Source of the DNA: Trichoplax adhaerens
Lineage: Eukaryota > Animalia > Placozoa
Direction of reading: 5' to 3'
NCBI RefSeq assembly: GCF_000150275.1
Contig: NW_002060946.1
Span: forward strand, 677,562-741,561
DNA length: 64,000 nucleotides
Part shown: positions 61,370 through 64,000 of the stretch, piece by piece
Numbering within the stretch: position 1 is the stretch's first letter
Layout of the letters: each line of letters opens with the position of its first letter
The notes under the pieces: model-generated
Told to the model about the DNA's origin: nothing
The model's database searches: none
The model's input: only the letters and a program-made list of their open reading frames with translations
Position numbers and translations under genes: made by a program

Positions 61370-62589
61370 AGGTGATACTTTCATGCCGTCATTTAATTCA
61401 CCTTGGATGACAGGTCGAAATACTTTACTGGTTAAACGTTTGACACCTGATGAAGAAGCTCTTGATCGATTTTGACTAGCATTCGTTTTCTTAGCTCCAG
61501 TAATGGTAATAGTAGTAGTAGCCTTGCTGGTGGAATCATTCTGATCATTTTGCAATTTCCTCACCAATAGCTTTTCATAAGGTTTTCTAGTAATACAGTA
61601 TATACATATATTCTGAAATCTCTTAGCGATCGTAAAAATTATTTGCAAATTAATTTTATTGTAGCACCTCCACATCGCCTAACTTTTGTATTATACTGTA
61701 CGAATTGCAATCACAATGATGGTTACTATGATTGTGTTACCTAATCATTTTAAAGCTTTAGCTGGCTAGTAACTGTTAGCAAAATGAGTAATAATTACTG
61801 CAGTAAGTACTAATTAATCGATGCAATTGTAAAGTAATACAGTAGTTGGTAGAAGAGTGCAGCAGGCATTTGTAATGTATTCCTTGACATTCGACGAACT
61901 TGTTGAGCAGATGAGGACAGTAGCATATGATTTATAAGCCCATAGTACTGACAGTATTATAGGGTAAGGATATCTATCACTGTTAAAGGTACAAACTGGA
62001 AGCTGATGATTGCCATATTTTGTTATGCAGATACTGTGTTAGAAACATGTAGACTATGACGTCAAGTGTAAACACCATTTTAAACCTTGCGTGTATGACG
62101 TTAGGCAATAAATATGATATGACATCAAAAGATGGTACAGCAAGATTCCTAATGCGATCAACTTGTATAGGAATTTATCGTCTTATCGTTGATGATTGAC
62201 TGTTAATTCAAAGATTTTTGTACCTATTTGAAGTTTTGATACTAGAAAGCGACATCTTTGTGAAGAAACTGAGCAGCACTGCAAGAGTAGTACGATAGAA
62301 AAATGGATCATCCATATACTGTAGACGTCTACATGCTAATACTATTGATCGTTCTTATCGGTAGAATAACATTTTTGTACAGTAATCTCGTTTACCTGGT
62401 GCTATCAGTGATTGGGCCAGGTTTCTCACCACATTTGATCAGCTCTGCTTTGAGCTCAGCGTTGCTTAATTCAGTAAGACTTTTACGTTCACCATTGATA
62501 ACGTCAAACATAAGTGTGTTGATATCTACTGTAGCTTCCTTCCGTTTAGTCGTTGACTTTCTACTTCGTTTTAATGGTGGTGTAGCCAT
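61370..62589 (-). CDS. LEM-domain exons (basic NLS-like N-terminus, LEM, Ser/Thr-rich linker); predicted to splice onto the NPL-like exons
   Basis: Exon 62589-62396 plus exon 61586-61370 rebuild LTELSNAELKAELIKCGEKPGPITDSTR|KPYEKLLVRKL, which fits the LEM consensus. A GTAAGT donor lies at 61369. Confidence 0.8.
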
Positions 62590-63198
62590 TGCCAAACTTT
62601 GAACGAGTCAGTCAGTATACAGTTCAATACACTTCAAATATGTAGACTAGTTACCGTTCGAAAGTACGGTAGGCTCTTTTTCGGCTTTCTTTGACTTGCT
62701 AGAGCTGTTGTTATGAAATGTAAGATAGTTACAGAGGACTTCTTAATGCCAGGAATACTATTGTAACAACAGTGGCTATTTTTTTCAGCCTTTCCTTGAG
62801 TTGTTCCTGTTGACAAAGTCAGTGATTTGATACTGAGTCACACTGTAATCTTAGCTTGGCAGATTCTACAGTGATCCAGTCAGCACGACTATGTTGGTGA
62901 AATCTCTCCTTCTTAGGACACGGATTGGCGTAGAACTACTGTACGTATTCATTTTTCAGCATTAGGGTCAAAGGACAGATAAACGCATACAGTTTTAATT
63001 ATCAACTGAATTAGTTGTTTAGAAGAACGTCTAGTCTTGTTTTATGTTAAGTATGTTAGCTAAGCCAGTAAATTTCATGGCATAATTTTACGTTTTTATC
63101 ACTGAAATTCTTCACTTACCGCACCATCAAGTCCGCTGGAAAAATTGATTCAATGGCTGTCAATTTACCAATTATAATGTATTTAAATGATGCTTCAC

Positions 63199-63490
63199 GG
63201 TACAGTACAGTATGACATGAAGCGTTTCAATTGTTTTTGTGTCAAACGTACAGTACTGTAGCTCTAGTCAAACAACACAACAACCGATCGATGTTCACAC
63301 TGAGTACAGTACACTGAGTACAGTACACTGAGTACAGTACACTGAGTACAGTACAGAATTGTACTGTAGAGCATGAACTCCTATAAAGGATCTACAGTAC
63401 AGTACTGTACTGTACTGTACTGTACCGTACTGTACAGTACATACTGTACACTTCGCAACGATTTGCAAGTACATTTGTACAGTACAGTTC
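63199..63490. repeat. (GTACT/TACAG)n array including a 14-bp tandem repeat (acactgagtacagt x4, ~63297-63354)
   Basis: Seen directly; lies upstream of the LEM gene on the minus strand. Confidence 0.85.
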
Positions 63491-64000
63491 ACATCAACTT
63501 GACACATCAGTTAACTCGCTGTAATTGATTAATTTATTATGATAAAGTAAAATAAAATGAAGAGGATATAAAAATTAATAATGACCGTCATAATATGCTA
63601 TTTTCTTCTTCATTTGATAATTATAATTATCACTAGCCAGCCTTAGATAACTCCATATTGAAGTAGTGCGTCAGAAACAGTGATTTCCAGCTGTAGCGTA
63701 CGCACACTCGTACGGCAGTTTACAGTATACTGCAAACACTAAGGTTGCATTGCATTGTACAAAGCACAACGTGGTGCTCCACTAAAGCAGCATGGTTCAA
63801 TAGTTCAATCTATAAACTCCAAAGGTTGATTAAATATCGACAGTAAACTTGGCTGCATATGGTGGTTGGGTTGTCAATTTCATCATGTCTATAAAATGTC
63901 TACAGTACAGTATATTCATTGAGTTAACCACACGAACTTTTATCGCACGCTCAAGTAACGAGTGGATAAACAGCAGTACAATTAAACATTATATTATCAA

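Noticed and set aside
62634-62816. Upstream ORF as an N-terminal extension of the LEM protein (ANKLE-type)
   Set aside because: An in-frame TGA lies shortly upstream of the ATG at 62589, and no ankyrin or GIY-YIG motifs were seen. Treated as 5' UTR.

Overview
This is AT-rich, intron-dense animal nuclear DNA with short GT-AG introns. Gene content and compactness suggest an early-branching animal such as a placozoan (Trichoplax-like); that assignment is an inference. About 15 spliced protein-coding genes were reconstructed by eye: ANKS3, SEL1L3, an SPA17-like RIIa + 5xIQ protein, CFAP91, an orphan helical+PH protein, ETFB, HOATZ, TMEM218, SDHC, a bacterial-type DnaQ exonuclease, nicastrin, BBIP1, CFAP68, a bacterial-type CPBP/Abi protease, and a LEM-domain gene. 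The most notable items are: (1) LEM exons that splice in frame into an NPL/DHDPS-family barrel lacking its catalytic residues; (2) an alphaproteobacterial-like DnaQ with an intron and a mitochondrial-presequence-like first exon; (3) a second bacterial-type gene (CPBP) with an intron; (4) neurogranin/PEP-19-like IQ modules in the SPA17-like protein; (5) RFX X-boxes at five promoter sites serving six ciliary genes, one shared in the ~190-bp head-to-head HOATZ/TMEM218 gap; (6) (GTACT/TACAG)n arrays concentrated just upstream of several genes. All homology calls come from remembered sequences, not from searches. Internal exon boundaries are approximate unless stated.
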